Shown here piece after piece: positions 9,331 through 19,012 of a stretch of DNA of 64,000 nt. Location: positions 5,178-69,177 of the forward strand of contig JAJYDK010000016.1 of NCBI GenBank assembly GCA_021777555.1, given 5' to 3'. The stretch is from Pseudomonadota bacterium (lineage in GTDB: Bacteria > Pseudomonadota > Gammaproteobacteria > Steroidobacterales > Steroidobacteraceae). The notes below the pieces were generated by a model. The model saw only the letters and a list, made by a program, of their open reading frames with translations. It made no database searches and was not told the DNA's origin. The position numbers were made by a program, and so were the translations under genes. Each line of letters opens with the position of its first letter. The stretch's first letter is position 1.

Positions 9331-10262
9331 GCCACACTTCGACAGAGACCCTGCCGCGCGATGACTGGCAGTTCACCCCGCTCGGCGATCCGCGCGGCTA
9401 CATCCAGCCGCATGCACTCTCGGAGGTGTGGTTTCACACGGGGTCCGCCTGCAATCTCGCCTGCCCGTTCTGCCTCGAGGGGTCAAAGCCCGGCGACCGG
9501 CGCATCGGGCGGGTGACGCTCGAGGACGTGCGGCCTTTCCTCGAGGAAGCCGCCGCGCTCGGGGTGCGGCAGCTGTCCTTCACCGGCGGCGAGCCGCTCA
9601 TCGTCAAGGACCTGGTGCCGATCCTGGATCACGCGCTGTCGATTGCGCCCGCGCTGGTGTTGACCAACGGCGTGGATGCCCTGCCGCGGCGGTTGCCGAA
9701 GCTGCGCCCTCTGCGGGCCAGGGCGTATCCACTCAGCTTTCGCGTGAGCCTCGATTATCCCGAGGCCGCGCGCCACGATGCGGGCCGAGGCTCGGGCAAC
9801 TTCCAGAAGGCCTGCCGGACGCTGCAATTGCTGCACGCGGAGGGGTATCACGTATCGGTCGCGCGTCAGATGGAGGCAGGCGAGGACCGGGCGCGGATCG
9901 AGGACCGATACCGGCGGTTGCTCGGCGATCTCGGACTGCCGGCCGATCTGAACCTCGTGGCCTTCCCGGATTTCGGCACACCGGGGTCACACCCCGCGGT
10001 ACCTCACCTCACGCGCTCATGCATGAGCACCTACCAGAGCGAGGACTCGCGGCGCGGGTTCATGTGCGCCTACAGCAAGATGGTCGTGAAGGTGCATGGG
10101 CGCATGCGGGTGTACGCCTGCACGCTGGTCGATGACGATCCGGCCTATGACCAGGGCGGCACGCTCGCCGAGAGCCTCGGCAAGCGCGTGATGTTGCGGC
10201 ATCACCGTTGTTTCGCGTGCTTCAAGTTCGGCGCCTCGTGCAGCGAGGCGAGCGGACATTAG
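9327..10262 (+). CDS. Radical SAM protein with a C-terminal Cys-rich domain (ArsS-like family)
   Basis: It has the CxxxCxxC motif CNLACPFC, a GGEPL motif, and a Cys-rich tail (C..C...CTLVDDD...HHRCFACFKFGASCSE). The ATG at 9327 forms an ATGA overlap with the upstream stop. An alternative ATG is at 9309. Confidence 0.8.
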   Translation: MSHTSTETLPRDDWQFTPLGDPRGYIQPHALSEVWFHTGSACNLACPFCLEGSKPGDRRIGRVTLEDVRPFLEEAAALGVRQLSFTGGEPLIVKDLVPILDHALSIAPALVLTNGVDALPRRLPKLRPLRARAYPLSFRVSLDYPEAARHDAGRGSGNFQKACRTLQLLHAEGYHVSVARQMEAGEDRARIEDRYRRLLGDLGLPADLNLVAFPDFGTPGSHPAVPHLTRSCMSTYQSEDSRRGFMCAYSKMVVKVHGRMRVYACTLVDDDPAYDQGGTLAESLGKRVMLRHHRCFACFKFGASCSEASGH

Positions 10263-11104
10263 GCCGTCAGGAAATCGATGATCGCCTTCTGTCCGGCCGT
10301 CATCTGCTCCCGCGGCGTGATCACCGCTAGGCTGAGCGAGCTGCGGCAGGGGCGCGACTCGTCCTCGACATGATCCGCCACGGCGCGCGCAATGAGCCGC
10401 TGCACGCGCGCCAGGCTGTCGCGGAACTGGCTCATCACCTGATCGACCGAGACGTGTTGGGTGGGATCATCGAGCCAGCAGTCGTAATCGGTCGCGACCG
10501 CGATCGTGCAGTAGCCGAGTTGGGCCTCGAGCGCGAGAAAAGCCTCCGGCACGTTGGTCATGCCGACGAGATCGGCGCCCGCGCCACGCAGCCAGTAGCT
10601 CTCCGCGCGGGTGCCCAGGCGCGGCCCCTCGACGCAGGCGTAGGTCTTGTCCAGGTGAAGCGGCTGCCCGAGCGACTGGGCCGTGCGCGCGAGCAGCCGC
10701 GCGGTGGCGGCGCAGGTCGGATGAGCCGTCGATACGTGGGCGATGAGTCCCTTGCCGAAGAAGCTGGCGGCGCGCAGGCCCTTGGTGAAGTCGAGGTACT
10801 GCGAGGGCAGCGCCAAGTCACCCGGGCGGATCTCCTCGCGCAGGCTCCCGACCGCCGAGACCCCGATGATGGTGCGCGCGCCGACGGCCTTCAGCGCCCA
10901 GATGTTCGCCCGGAAGTTGATCTCGCTCGGCAGCAGGTCGTGCTGCAATCCGTGCCGGGCGAGGAAGGCGATCGCATGTCCGCCGAGCCGGCCCAGCATG
11001 AGGGGCGAGGAGGGCCGGCCGAAAGGGGTGTCCACCTCGCGGGTTTCCGTGACTACGAGGCCGTCCATGCGATACAGGCCGGTGCCGCCGATGATGCCGA
11101 TCAT
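10259..11104 (-). CDS. mtnP: S-methyl-5'-thioadenosine (or thioinosine) phosphorylase
   Basis: The N-terminus is MIGIIGGTGLY, and FLARHG and SAVGSLREEIRPGD motifs are typical of the MTAP/PNP family. I chose the internal ATG at 11104. Confidence 0.8.
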   Translation of the reverse strand: MIGIIGGTGLYRMDGLVVTETREVDTPFGRPSSPLMLGRLGGHAIAFLARHGLQHDLLPSEINFRANIWALKAVGARTIIGVSAVGSLREEIRPGDLALPSQYLDFTKGLRAASFFGKGLIAHVSTAHPTCAATARLLARTAQSLGQPLHLDKTYACVEGPRLGTRAESYWLRGAGADLVGMTNVPEAFLALEAQLGYCTIAVATDYDCWLDDPTQHVSVDQVMSQFRDSLARVQRLIARAVADHVEDESRPCRSSLSLAVITPREQMTAGQKAIIDFLTA

Positions 11105-11199
11105 GAGGTGGATCTCTGTTGCGTGTGTCGCCGTAAGGCTGCAAGATGCCCTAAACGACGCCGGGCAACAAGCTCGGCTCTCAGCACGGGGACCCATGA

Positions 11200-11997
11200 A
11201 TGAACACTTCCCCCTTTCCTCCGTTGCAGCCGCCGCGGTGGCCGGTCCACCTGACCAAGGCCGGCCTGTGGATCCTGGCCGTGGGCGTTCTCATCGCGCT
11301 CCTCTCCGGGCAGCTCAATCGCTTCTCCCTGGCCGGAGTCGGCACGGCGCTCATGACGCTGGTGGTGGGACTCGGCGTGACCGTGGTCGGCACCGCCCTT
11401 GCCGGCGTCGGTGTGGTGCTCGCCGCGATCAAACGTTCGCCCATTCCCGGCACCGCGACCGTGGTCGGCATCGTGGTCGGGTTGGGCGTTACGGCCTATG
11501 TGCTTTCGTGGGTCATGAAAGCACGCTCCGTGCCGCCCATTCACGACATCACAACGGACCTGACCAACCCGCCGGCGTTCGTCGCGGTCATTCCGCTGCG
11601 CGAGCGCTCTCGCGCTGTCAATTCCCCTGAATATGTACGGCAGGTGCGCGGGCCCGGGGGTAAGATCCTCGACGTTCCCCAACTGCAGCGCGAGTACTAC
11701 CCGTACATCAAGCCCCTCGAGCTCGCGCTGCCGCCGGATCAGGCCCTGGCGAGGGCGCGCAAGGTGGCCGGCGAGATGGGCTGGCGGATCGATGCCTACG
11801 TGCCGGCGCAGGGCCGGCTCGAGGCCACCGCGCATACGTTGTTCTTCGATTTCAAGGACGACATCGTCGTCAGGGTCACCCCGAGCGGCACGGGCTCCCG
11901 CGTCGATGTGCGGTCGGAGTCGCGGGTCGGGGTGAGTGATGTGGGCACGAACGCGGCCCGCATCCGGCGCTTTCTCGAACTCATGGAGAAGCCTTGA
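11200..11997 (+). CDS. DUF1499 domain membrane protein
   Basis: It has several N-terminal TM helices. The tail is DUF1499-like (PPIHDITTDLTNPP ... RVDVRSESRVGVSDVGTNAARIRRF). Confidence 0.7.
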   Translation: MNTSPFPPLQPPRWPVHLTKAGLWILAVGVLIALLSGQLNRFSLAGVGTALMTLVVGLGVTVVGTALAGVGVVLAAIKRSPIPGTATVVGIVVGLGVTAYVLSWVMKARSVPPIHDITTDLTNPPAFVAVIPLRERSRAVNSPEYVRQVRGPGGKILDVPQLQREYYPYIKPLELALPPDQALARARKVAGEMGWRIDAYVPAQGRLEATAHTLFFDFKDDIVVRVTPSGTGSRVDVRSESRVGVSDVGTNAARIRRFLELMEKP

Positions 11998-12019
11998 TTC
12001 ACCGGGCCCGGCATAGCCA

Positions 12020-13603
12020 ATGAGCAGTACCGCGATCGACATCGCCTTCGAGCGGCGCCTCTCCTCGCTCATCAACAGCGGCCAGCCCGAGATCCTCCAG
12101 GGCGGCCGCCGGGGCGTCGAGAAGGAGTCGCTGCGCGTGACGCCGCAGGGCCGTCTCGCCATGACTCTTCATCCGCGTGCGCTCGGCTCGGCGCTCACCA
12201 GCGAACACATCACCACCGACTATTCCGAGGCGCTCATCGAGCTGGTCACGCCGACCTTCACCACCACGTGGGAGCTGCTGCAGTACCTGCTCGACCTGCA
12301 CGAGTTCGTCTATCGCCACCTCGGCGATGAGCTGCTGTGGGCAACCAGCATGCCCTGCCGGATCGGCAGCGATGACGAGATCCCGCTCGCGCAGTACGGA
12401 CCCTCGCACGTCGGGCGGATGAAGACCGTCTACCGCAATGGTCTCGGCCTGCGTTACGGGCGCATGATGCAGGCGATCTCCGGGGTCCACTTCAACTACT
12501 CGTTCCCGCTCGCCTTCTGGCCGGCCTACGCCGACATCGTGAAATCTCGAGAGTACGGCACGGACTTCGTCTCGGAGCGCTACTTCGACCTGTTGCGCAA
12601 TTACCGCCGCCATGGCTGGCTGGTGCTGTACCTGTTCGGCGTCTCACCGGTGGTGTGCCAGTCGTTCCTGCGCGGCCGCGAGCACCACCTGCGGGAGTTC
12701 GCGCCCGGGACCGCCTACGAGCCCTACGCCACCAGTCTCAGGATGAGCGACATCGGCTACCGCAACCGCAATCAGGCGGACCTGACCGTCTCGGTCAACA
12801 GCCTGGAGGAGTACGTCCGCGACCTCGGCAGGGCCGTCTCCACGGCGCATCCGCCCTATGCGGCGCTCGGCGTGGAGGAGAACGGCGAGTACCGCCAGCT
12901 CAACGCCAACATCCTGCAGATCGAGAACGAATACTACAGCTTCATCCGGCCGAAGCGCGTGGCCCGCTCCGGCGAGCGGCCCACCCAGGCGCTCAGGCGC
13001 GCCGGAGTGGAGTACGTCGAGGTGCGGGCGCTCGATGTCAGCGCCTTTGATCCCGTGGGGGTCAACCAGAACAAGCTGCGCTTTCTCGAGGCGTTCGTCG
13101 CACTGTGTCTGCTGAAGGACAGTCCGCCGATCGCCGCCGCCGAGCAGCACGCCCTCGACCAGAACCACGTCACGGTGGCCAGCCGCGGTCGCGAGCCGGG
13201 GCTGGCGCTCTGGCGGGACGGTACCCTCGTTCCCATGCATGATTGGGCCCGAGAGCTGCTCGATTCCATGCGCGGCATCTGCGAGATCCTCGATCGTGGC
13301 GACCCGGCCCGGCCCTACACCCTGGCGCTCGCGATTCAGGCCGCCAAGATCGAGGACGTCGCCAAGACCCCCTCGGCGCGCATGATGGCCGAGCTCGGCG
13401 CCACCGGAGAGTCGTTCTTCGACCTGGCGCTGCGGATGTCCTCGCTCCACAAGGGGTACTTCCTCGACCTGTATCCGCCCGATGGGGCGCGCCTGCGGGA
13501 ATTCACCCGGGAGGCCGAGGAGTCCCTCGCGCAGCAAAAGGCCATCGAGGCCGCCGATCGCGGCACCTTCGCCGAGTACCTGGCGCGGTATTTCGCCGGC
13601 TGA
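12020..13603 (+). CDS. gshA: Glutamate--cysteine ligase
   Basis: The full-length protein resembles proteobacterial GshA by eye (RGVEKESLRV, ELVTP, ISGVHFNYS, EYVEVRALD). Confidence 0.95.
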   Translation: MSSTAIDIAFERRLSSLINSGQPEILQGGRRGVEKESLRVTPQGRLAMTLHPRALGSALTSEHITTDYSEALIELVTPTFTTTWELLQYLLDLHEFVYRHLGDELLWATSMPCRIGSDDEIPLAQYGPSHVGRMKTVYRNGLGLRYGRMMQAISGVHFNYSFPLAFWPAYADIVKSREYGTDFVSERYFDLLRNYRRHGWLVLYLFGVSPVVCQSFLRGREHHLREFAPGTAYEPYATSLRMSDIGYRNRNQADLTVSVNSLEEYVRDLGRAVSTAHPPYAALGVEENGEYRQLNANILQIENEYYSFIRPKRVARSGERPTQALRRAGVEYVEVRALDVSAFDPVGVNQNKLRFLEAFVALCLLKDSPPIAAAEQHALDQNHVTVASRGREPGLALWRDGTLVPMHDWARELLDSMRGICEILDRGDPARPYTLALAIQAAKIEDVAKTPSARMMAELGATGESFFDLALRMSSLHKGYFLDLYPPDGARLREFTREAEESLAQQKAIEAADRGTFAEYLARYFAG

Positions 13604-13720
13604 GGACCATCGGCGGGCGAGAGCCGGCCGGCGCCGCAAGGGCCCGCAAGGCGCCGGCCGCGCGGTCAATCTATCGACTGGGCCATTGCGGCGCGGCTGT
13701 GCTTGACGGATTCTTGGCGG

Positions 13721-14641
13721 ATGAACGCGCTATCCGTCCGGGGATTGACCAAGACCTACCGCAACGGCGTGCAGGCCTTGAAGGGCATCGACCTGAGCGT
13801 CGAGCAGGGGGACTTCTTCGCCCTGCTGGGGCCGAACGGGGCCGGCAAGACGACGCTCATCGGCATCGTCACCTCGCTGGTCCGCAAGAGCGGCGGGGAG
13901 GCGAGCATCTTCGGCTACGATATCGACCGGGAGCTCGAGGCGGCCAAGAGCTGCATCGGCGTGGTGCCGCAGGAGATCAACTTCAACCTGTTCGAGACCC
14001 CCGAGACCATCGTGGTCAACCAGGCGGGCTTCTACGGGATCCCGCGCCCCGTGGCGCGCGAGCGCGCCCAGAAATATCTCAAGCAGCTGCAGCTGTGGGA
14101 CAAGCGCAATCACGCCTCGCGCGGCCTCTCCGGCGGCATGAAGCGCCGCTTGATGATCGCGCGCGCACTGATGCACGAGCCGCGCCTGCTGATCCTGGAT
14201 GAGCCGACGGCGGGCGTCGATATCGAGATCCGCCGCTCGATGTGGGACTTCCTGCGCGAGATCAACCGCAACGGCACCACCATCATCCTGACGACGCACT
14301 ATCTCGAGGAAGCCGAGACCCTCTGCCGCAACATCGCCATCATCGACGGCGGGCGCATCATCGAGCGGGACCGGATGAGCAACCTGCTGCGCCGGCTGCA
14401 CACCGAGACACTCGTGCTCACCCTGACGCAGCCATTGGCACAGGCGCCGCGGCTCGAGCGCTACCCCGCAAGGCTCACCGATGAGCATACCCTGGAGGTG
14501 GAGGTGTCCAAGGACCAGAACCTCAACGACCTGTTTGCGCGGCTCTCGGCGCTCGGCATCGAAGTGCTCAGCCTGCGCAACAAGGTGAACCGGCTGGAGG
14601 AGATCTTCATGCGGCTCGTGGAGAGGGGGGCGGCGGCATGA
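13721..14641 (+). CDS. ABC transporter ATP-binding protein
   Basis: It has Walker A GPNGAGKTT, signature LSGGMKRR and Walker B LLILDEP. I preferred the ATG at 13721 over the TTG at 13703. Confidence 0.9.
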   Translation: MNALSVRGLTKTYRNGVQALKGIDLSVEQGDFFALLGPNGAGKTTLIGIVTSLVRKSGGEASIFGYDIDRELEAAKSCIGVVPQEINFNLFETPETIVVNQAGFYGIPRPVARERAQKYLKQLQLWDKRNHASRGLSGGMKRRLMIARALMHEPRLLILDEPTAGVDIEIRRSMWDFLREINRNGTTIILTTHYLEEAETLCRNIAIIDGGRIIERDRMSNLLRRLHTETLVLTLTQPLAQAPRLERYPARLTDEHTLEVEVSKDQNLNDLFARLSALGIEVLSLRNKVNRLEEIFMRLVERGAAA

Positions 14642-15450
14642 GCACCGTGGCGGCAAGCGCGGCCCCGCGGCCGCTCGCGCTCGGCAGGGCGCGCTGGGTC
14701 GGCTTCAAGACCATCATCATCCGCGAGTTCCACCGGATCATCCGCATCTGGAGCCAGACCATCCTGCCCTCGGCGGTGACCGCGACGCTCTACTTCGTGA
14801 TCTTCGGCAGCGTGATCGGCCAACGGATCGGCTCCATGGGCGGTTTCGGCTACATGACGTACATCGCGCCAGGACTGATCATGCAGGCCGTGATCAACAA
14901 CTCCTACACCAACGTGGTGTCCTCGTTCTTCGGCGCCAAGTTCGGCAAGCATATCGAGGAGCTGCTGGTCTCGCCGCTCCCGAGCTGGCTCATCGTCTCC
15001 GGCTACGTCGCGGGCGGGGTGCTGCGCGGGGCGATAGTGGGGCTGGTGGTGACCGCGGTGGCGCTGTTCTTCACGCACCTGCCGGTGGAGCATCCGCTGA
15101 TCATCACGGCGGCGGCGGTGCTGACCTCGGTGACCTTCTCCCTCGGCGGGTTCCTCAACGCCATGTTCGCCAAGAACTTCGACCAGGTCAGCATCATTCC
15201 GACCTTCCTGCTGGCGCCGCTCACCTATCTCGGCGGGGTGTTCTATTCGATCTCGCGGCTGCCCGGATGGGCGCAGCACCTGTCGCTGGTCGACCCCATC
15301 CTCTACATGGTCAACGCCTTCCGCTTCGGCTTCCTCGGCGTGTCGGATGTCGGCGTGGGAGAGGCGTTTGCGATCATGCTGATCGCGGTAGCGGGTCTGT
15401 ACAGCGCGGCCGTCGTGCTGATGGAGCGCGGCGCCGGGATCCGCGAGTAA
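14638..15450 (+). CDS. ABC-2 type transporter permease
   Basis: It shows six hydrophobic segments. Its start overlaps the ATPase stop (ATGA). Confidence 0.85.
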   Translation: MSTVAASAAPRPLALGRARWVGFKTIIIREFHRIIRIWSQTILPSAVTATLYFVIFGSVIGQRIGSMGGFGYMTYIAPGLIMQAVINNSYTNVVSSFFGAKFGKHIEELLVSPLPSWLIVSGYVAGGVLRGAIVGLVVTAVALFFTHLPVEHPLIITAAAVLTSVTFSLGGFLNAMFAKNFDQVSIIPTFLLAPLTYLGGVFYSISRLPGWAQHLSLVDPILYMVNAFRFGFLGVSDVGVGEAFAIMLIAVAGLYSAAVVLMERGAGIRE

Positions 15451-15455
15451 CTCAG

Positions 15456-15480
15456 GCGGGCGGCCGCCGCCGCCCGCTTT
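15456..15480. terminator. GC-rich hairpin plus TTT between convergent genes
   Basis: The stem is gcgggcgg/ccgcccgc (8 bp) with a 6-nt loop, followed by ttt. It lies between the permease stop (15450) and the ydbL-like stop (15485). Confidence 0.45.
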
Positions 15481-15484
15481 CCAC

Positions 15485-16216
15485 CTAGCCCTTCACCCAG
15501 TTGCCTTGGCCGTCGCGGTAGTACCAGCCGGTCTGCCGGGCGTGGGCGATCCAGCGCTGCGCGAAGGCGCTGCGAATGTCGCTCACCCACTCCGGATGGC
15601 CGTTGGCGAGGGCGATCTGGGTGTACAGCTGCGACAGGTCCTGATTCTGCTGCGCCACCAGCTGCGCAAGCGTCGCCCGCTGCATCAGCGGTACCGTGCT
15701 CTGATCACGCACCGCGATCGTGCCGTCCTCGGTCACCCCCACCACGCCGGCCTGGAAGTAGGGCTTCAGGTGCTGAAAGCGCTGGTGCATGTCCGCGATG
15801 ATGGCGCGGATCTGCGGGGTGGAGATGTTGAGGTTGGCCCCCCCGGCGGCCTGCGCAGGCGGGATGAGCGCATCCAGAACGTGGATTGCGGCGGAGGCGA
15901 GCATGCTCTCGGGGCGCGGACCAGTGCTCGCGCGCGAGGAGGGCGGCTGGGTCCCGGGCGCGGTTTGCGGCTTCGCCGGCTCGGCGGGGGTACCGGGCGC
16001 CGGGGCGGTGCCGCCGGTCACCGCGTTGATGATCTTGTCGGCGGCGCGCTGCGCTTCGGCGGCCGGAAAGTAGACGTTGACCGTCACGCAGCCGGCGAGC
16101 AGGCCGAGCGTCATTGCGGCGAGCACCGCGCGAGCCTTCTGAGAGCCGGCGGTGGGGGAACGAGCGCTGGATGCCGCTTGGAAAAGGGTCGAGGGACGCA
16201 TGGTCTGACTCCGCAT
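15485..16216 (-). CDS. YdbL-like (DUF1318) protein with its own lipoprotein signal
   Basis: It has the lipobox LLAGC, a Pro/Ala-rich linker, and a DUF1318-like C-terminus (GVVGVTEDG...LVAQQNQDLSQLY...W). It sits immediately downstream of the ydbH-like gene. Confidence 0.6.
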   Translation of the reverse strand: MRSQTMRPSTLFQAASSARSPTAGSQKARAVLAAMTLGLLAGCVTVNVYFPAAEAQRAADKIINAVTGGTAPAPGTPAEPAKPQTAPGTQPPSSRASTGPRPESMLASAAIHVLDALIPPAQAAGGANLNISTPQIRAIIADMHQRFQHLKPYFQAGVVGVTEDGTIAVRDQSTVPLMQRATLAQLVAQQNQDLSQLYTQIALANGHPEWVSDIRSAFAQRWIAHARQTGWYYRDGQGNWVKG

Positions 16217-16295
16217 TGGTCTTGTCTCTATTTTCGCACCGTACCATGAACCACGGCTGACCAGGAGTGCGTAGATCCGCTACCGGTCGGGTGGC

Positions 16296-18386
16296 TCACC
16301 GCACCTGGATCCCGCCCTGGGCCTCGATCCCCTGCGTGATCTGGGAGAGCAGCCTCGGCCAGTCGACCTGCCGCACGTTGCCGATGATGTCGAGGCGCGG
16401 GAGCCACGCACCCTGGACCAGGTAGTAGCCCCCGTCTGGAGCCGCTCCGGCGCCGGACATCTGGCACACCTGGTTGCGCAGCCGGCAGCCGATCGCCAGG
16501 CGCCGGTAGTGGAAGGTGTGGAAGAACTGCAGAACGCCGGATTCGAGCGCTGCCGTGACGGCGCCGCCGCCGCCGCCCAGGGCCGCGATGCGGGTGACCG
16601 CCTTCTGGCTGATCCGATGCGCCGAGCGGTCCCCCGGCATGGTATAGACCCGGGCATCGAAGGCGACGGGCGACCAGTCGAACAGCTTCAATCCGGTGAT
16701 GTCCGCGTCCACCCGGCCCGTGATGGAGCCGAAGGCGAAGGTGTGGGTGACGAGGTCCAGATCCAGGCCGCGCGCCGTCACGTCGGCGGACAGCTGCGGC
16801 CATTGCCCGAGCGGGTTCTCGAGGCGGATGTGGCGGCCGGTGATGATGCCGTTGAAGATCCGGGCCACCAGATTGCCATCGAAGATGAGCTCATGGTGTC
16901 GGTAGTGCACCAAGGGGATGCGCCCGGAGAGCTGTCCGTTCATGATCGGCCAGTGAAACGCGCGGCAGAGCCGCGGCATGCTGATGGGAGTGAGGTCGGC
17001 GTCGAAATCAAACGTGGCCTTGGACAGGCCGAGATCGCGGCCGACGAGCGTGTGGATGAGGATCGCCCCGTTGAATATCGGCAGCCGCGCATCGCCCCCG
17101 AGCAACGCGAAGTTGCGCTTCCAGGCGAGGAAGGTCAGCTTCGCCGCGCCGCCAGCGAGTCCGTAGGCGCCCACTCGGGACCACGAGAGGTGGGACGGCG
17201 CCACGGTGCCGCCCGAGGTGGCGGCCCAGTGGATGTCGCCGTTGGCCTCGCGCACGAACAGCCGCGACACGGGATCGTCGAAGGCGAACGAGCGCAGCGT
17301 CCCATCGAGACGGGTGATGGTGTTGTGGGTGATCCACGCCTCGCCGCTCGCTGTTCCGCTGCTGGTGATCGAGCCCTGCGCCGAGGAGGCGAGCTTCAGC
17401 TGCAGGAACGTGGAGAAGGCGCCGGGAAAGATCAGATGGGCGACTTCGAGCTGCGCGCTCTCGATGTCGGGGTGCGGGCCGAGTGCCACCACTCCCCGAC
17501 CCTCGGCGTCGATCACGCCCCGTTGTCTCAGATCGAGCCGCGAGACCTCGACCGGGCCCGCGCCCTGGCGACTCAGGCGGGCGCGCAGCGCCAACGGGTG
17601 CGCCGTGAGGTCGAGAAACACGGGCCCCACCAGGGCCTGTCCCTGCGAGCCGCGCAGGGTGAGCCCCAGCTTAAGCGCCTGCCCTTCGCGCGCCAGCGTG
17701 CCGCTGAGTGAGCCACCGAGCGTCTGCCCGGCAACCGTCCCCGGCGGGTTGGTGAAGCCGAGGTCCACGGTGTGCGCGCTGAATCCCGCCGCCAGCACCG
17801 GATGGTTGGTCACCGAGATCCGCGCATCGACGTGCCCCGTGACGGTGTAGCCGGCCGGAAGCGCAAACCACGGGCGCGCAAGTTGCTGAGCCTCCGCCAG
17901 ATCAACCCCCGACGCGCTGGCCGACAGCGCCCAGGCGCCCGCGTGAGAGACGGCCCTGAGCTGTACCGTCCCCCGGGCCAACGGCACCCTGGAGGCGCTG
18001 AAGCGTACGGTCTGGCTGACGGGATCGTAGTCACCGGACAGCGTCGCCTGGATCGCAGCGGGTGATCCCGCGCGAGCCGACAACCGTCCGCCGTCGCACG
18101 AGAACCGCGGCTTACCCAGATCGACACGGGCGCAGGTGAGCTCGAGCCGCCGGAGCGTCGTCAGCCCGGGCTGGCGCAGCGTGAGCGTGCCGGCCCGCAC
18201 ATCGAGAGCGGGAGCCGGGGTGTCGAGGCGCAAGGTCACCTGGCCGCCGGTGAGGGTCGCCACGGGAGAGGACACGCGCCCCACCGTGAGCACCAGCCGC
18301 TCGACCGCCGAGGCCGATCCTGCCGCGAGGCACGAGAAAACGAGCCCGGGCACGACATAACGGGCTGTTTGCAACAAAAGCTTCAT
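16296..18386 (-). CDS. YdbH-like AsmA-family intermembrane lipid-transport protein
   Basis: It has an N-terminal signal/anchor and a long beta-rich body. The conserved C-terminal block is SQKAVTRIAALGGGG...FHYRRLAIGCRL.N..C.M. It is in synteny with the DUF1318 gene. Confidence 0.6.
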   Translation of the reverse strand: MKLLLQTARYVVPGLVFSCLAAGSASAVERLVLTVGRVSSPVATLTGGQVTLRLDTPAPALDVRAGTLTLRQPGLTTLRRLELTCARVDLGKPRFSCDGGRLSARAGSPAAIQATLSGDYDPVSQTVRFSASRVPLARGTVQLRAVSHAGAWALSASASGVDLAEAQQLARPWFALPAGYTVTGHVDARISVTNHPVLAAGFSAHTVDLGFTNPPGTVAGQTLGGSLSGTLAREGQALKLGLTLRGSQGQALVGPVFLDLTAHPLALRARLSRQGAGPVEVSRLDLRQRGVIDAEGRGVVALGPHPDIESAQLEVAHLIFPGAFSTFLQLKLASSAQGSITSSGTASGEAWITHNTITRLDGTLRSFAFDDPVSRLFVREANGDIHWAATSGGTVAPSHLSWSRVGAYGLAGGAAKLTFLAWKRNFALLGGDARLPIFNGAILIHTLVGRDLGLSKATFDFDADLTPISMPRLCRAFHWPIMNGQLSGRIPLVHYRHHELIFDGNLVARIFNGIITGRHIRLENPLGQWPQLSADVTARGLDLDLVTHTFAFGSITGRVDADITGLKLFDWSPVAFDARVYTMPGDRSAHRISQKAVTRIAALGGGGGAVTAALESGVLQFFHTFHYRRLAIGCRLRNQVCQMSGAGAAPDGGYYLVQGAWLPRLDIIGNVRQVDWPRLLSQITQGIEAQGGIQVR

Positions 18387-18472
18387 CGAGCCGTCATCCC
18401 ACCGACACTTCCATCCCGCAGGCTCCCGCCCTGAGATTCAGTACCGCCCATACTGCACGTTCAAGCGCCCCG

Positions 18473-19012
18473 ATGAAAGCGACCGCCCTGTCCGAGTGGA
18501 TCGCGCGAGTGGATGCCGCGGAGTACGGCCTGTGCCGCCGGTTGAACCGCGGGGCCTCCTTCGTCGTCCCCCGGCGCATTTTCCAGGTTGCCAGCCGCCT
18601 CGGTGACGGCGTGATCTGGTATGTGCTCATCCTGGCGCTGCCCTTGCTCTACGGCCGCGAGGCGATCCGGCCGTCGCTCGTCATGGCGATCAGCGGGTGC
18701 ACGGGAGTGGTGATCTACAAGGTCTTGAAGCACGTGCTGGTGCGCGAACGGCCCTTCATCACCCATTCGGCCATCGATCTCGCGATGCCGCCCCTCGATC
18801 GCTACAGCTTTCCCTCCGGCCATACGCTGCACGCCGTGTGCTTCACGGTGCAGATGACCGCCCTCTACCCCGCACTCGGATGGGTGCTCATCCCGCTGAC
18901 GCTGACGATCGCCGGCTCGAGAGTCGTGCTCGGGCTGCACTATCCGACCGACGTGTTGGCCGGCGCGGCCATCGGATTGTCGCTTGGGGTGTTGGGCCTG
19001 ACATTCGCCTGA
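18473..19012 (+). CDS. PAP2-family phosphatase
   Basis: The three PAP2 motifs are present: KHVLVRERP, SFPSGH and GLHYPTDV. Confidence 0.85.
   Translation: MKATALSEWIARVDAAEYGLCRRLNRGASFVVPRRIFQVASRLGDGVIWYVLILALPLLYGREAIRPSLVMAISGCTGVVIYKVLKHVLVRERPFITHSAIDLAMPPLDRYSFPSGHTLHAVCFTVQMTALYPALGWVLIPLTLTIAGSRVVLGLHYPTDVLAGAAIGLSLGVLGLTFA

Noticed and set aside
9327-10262. A possible selenocysteine (in-frame TGA) in the Cys-rich tail of the radical SAM protein.
   Set aside because: The frame is uninterrupted and the tail positions are encoded as Cys. I saw no in-frame TGA or SECIS-like hairpin.
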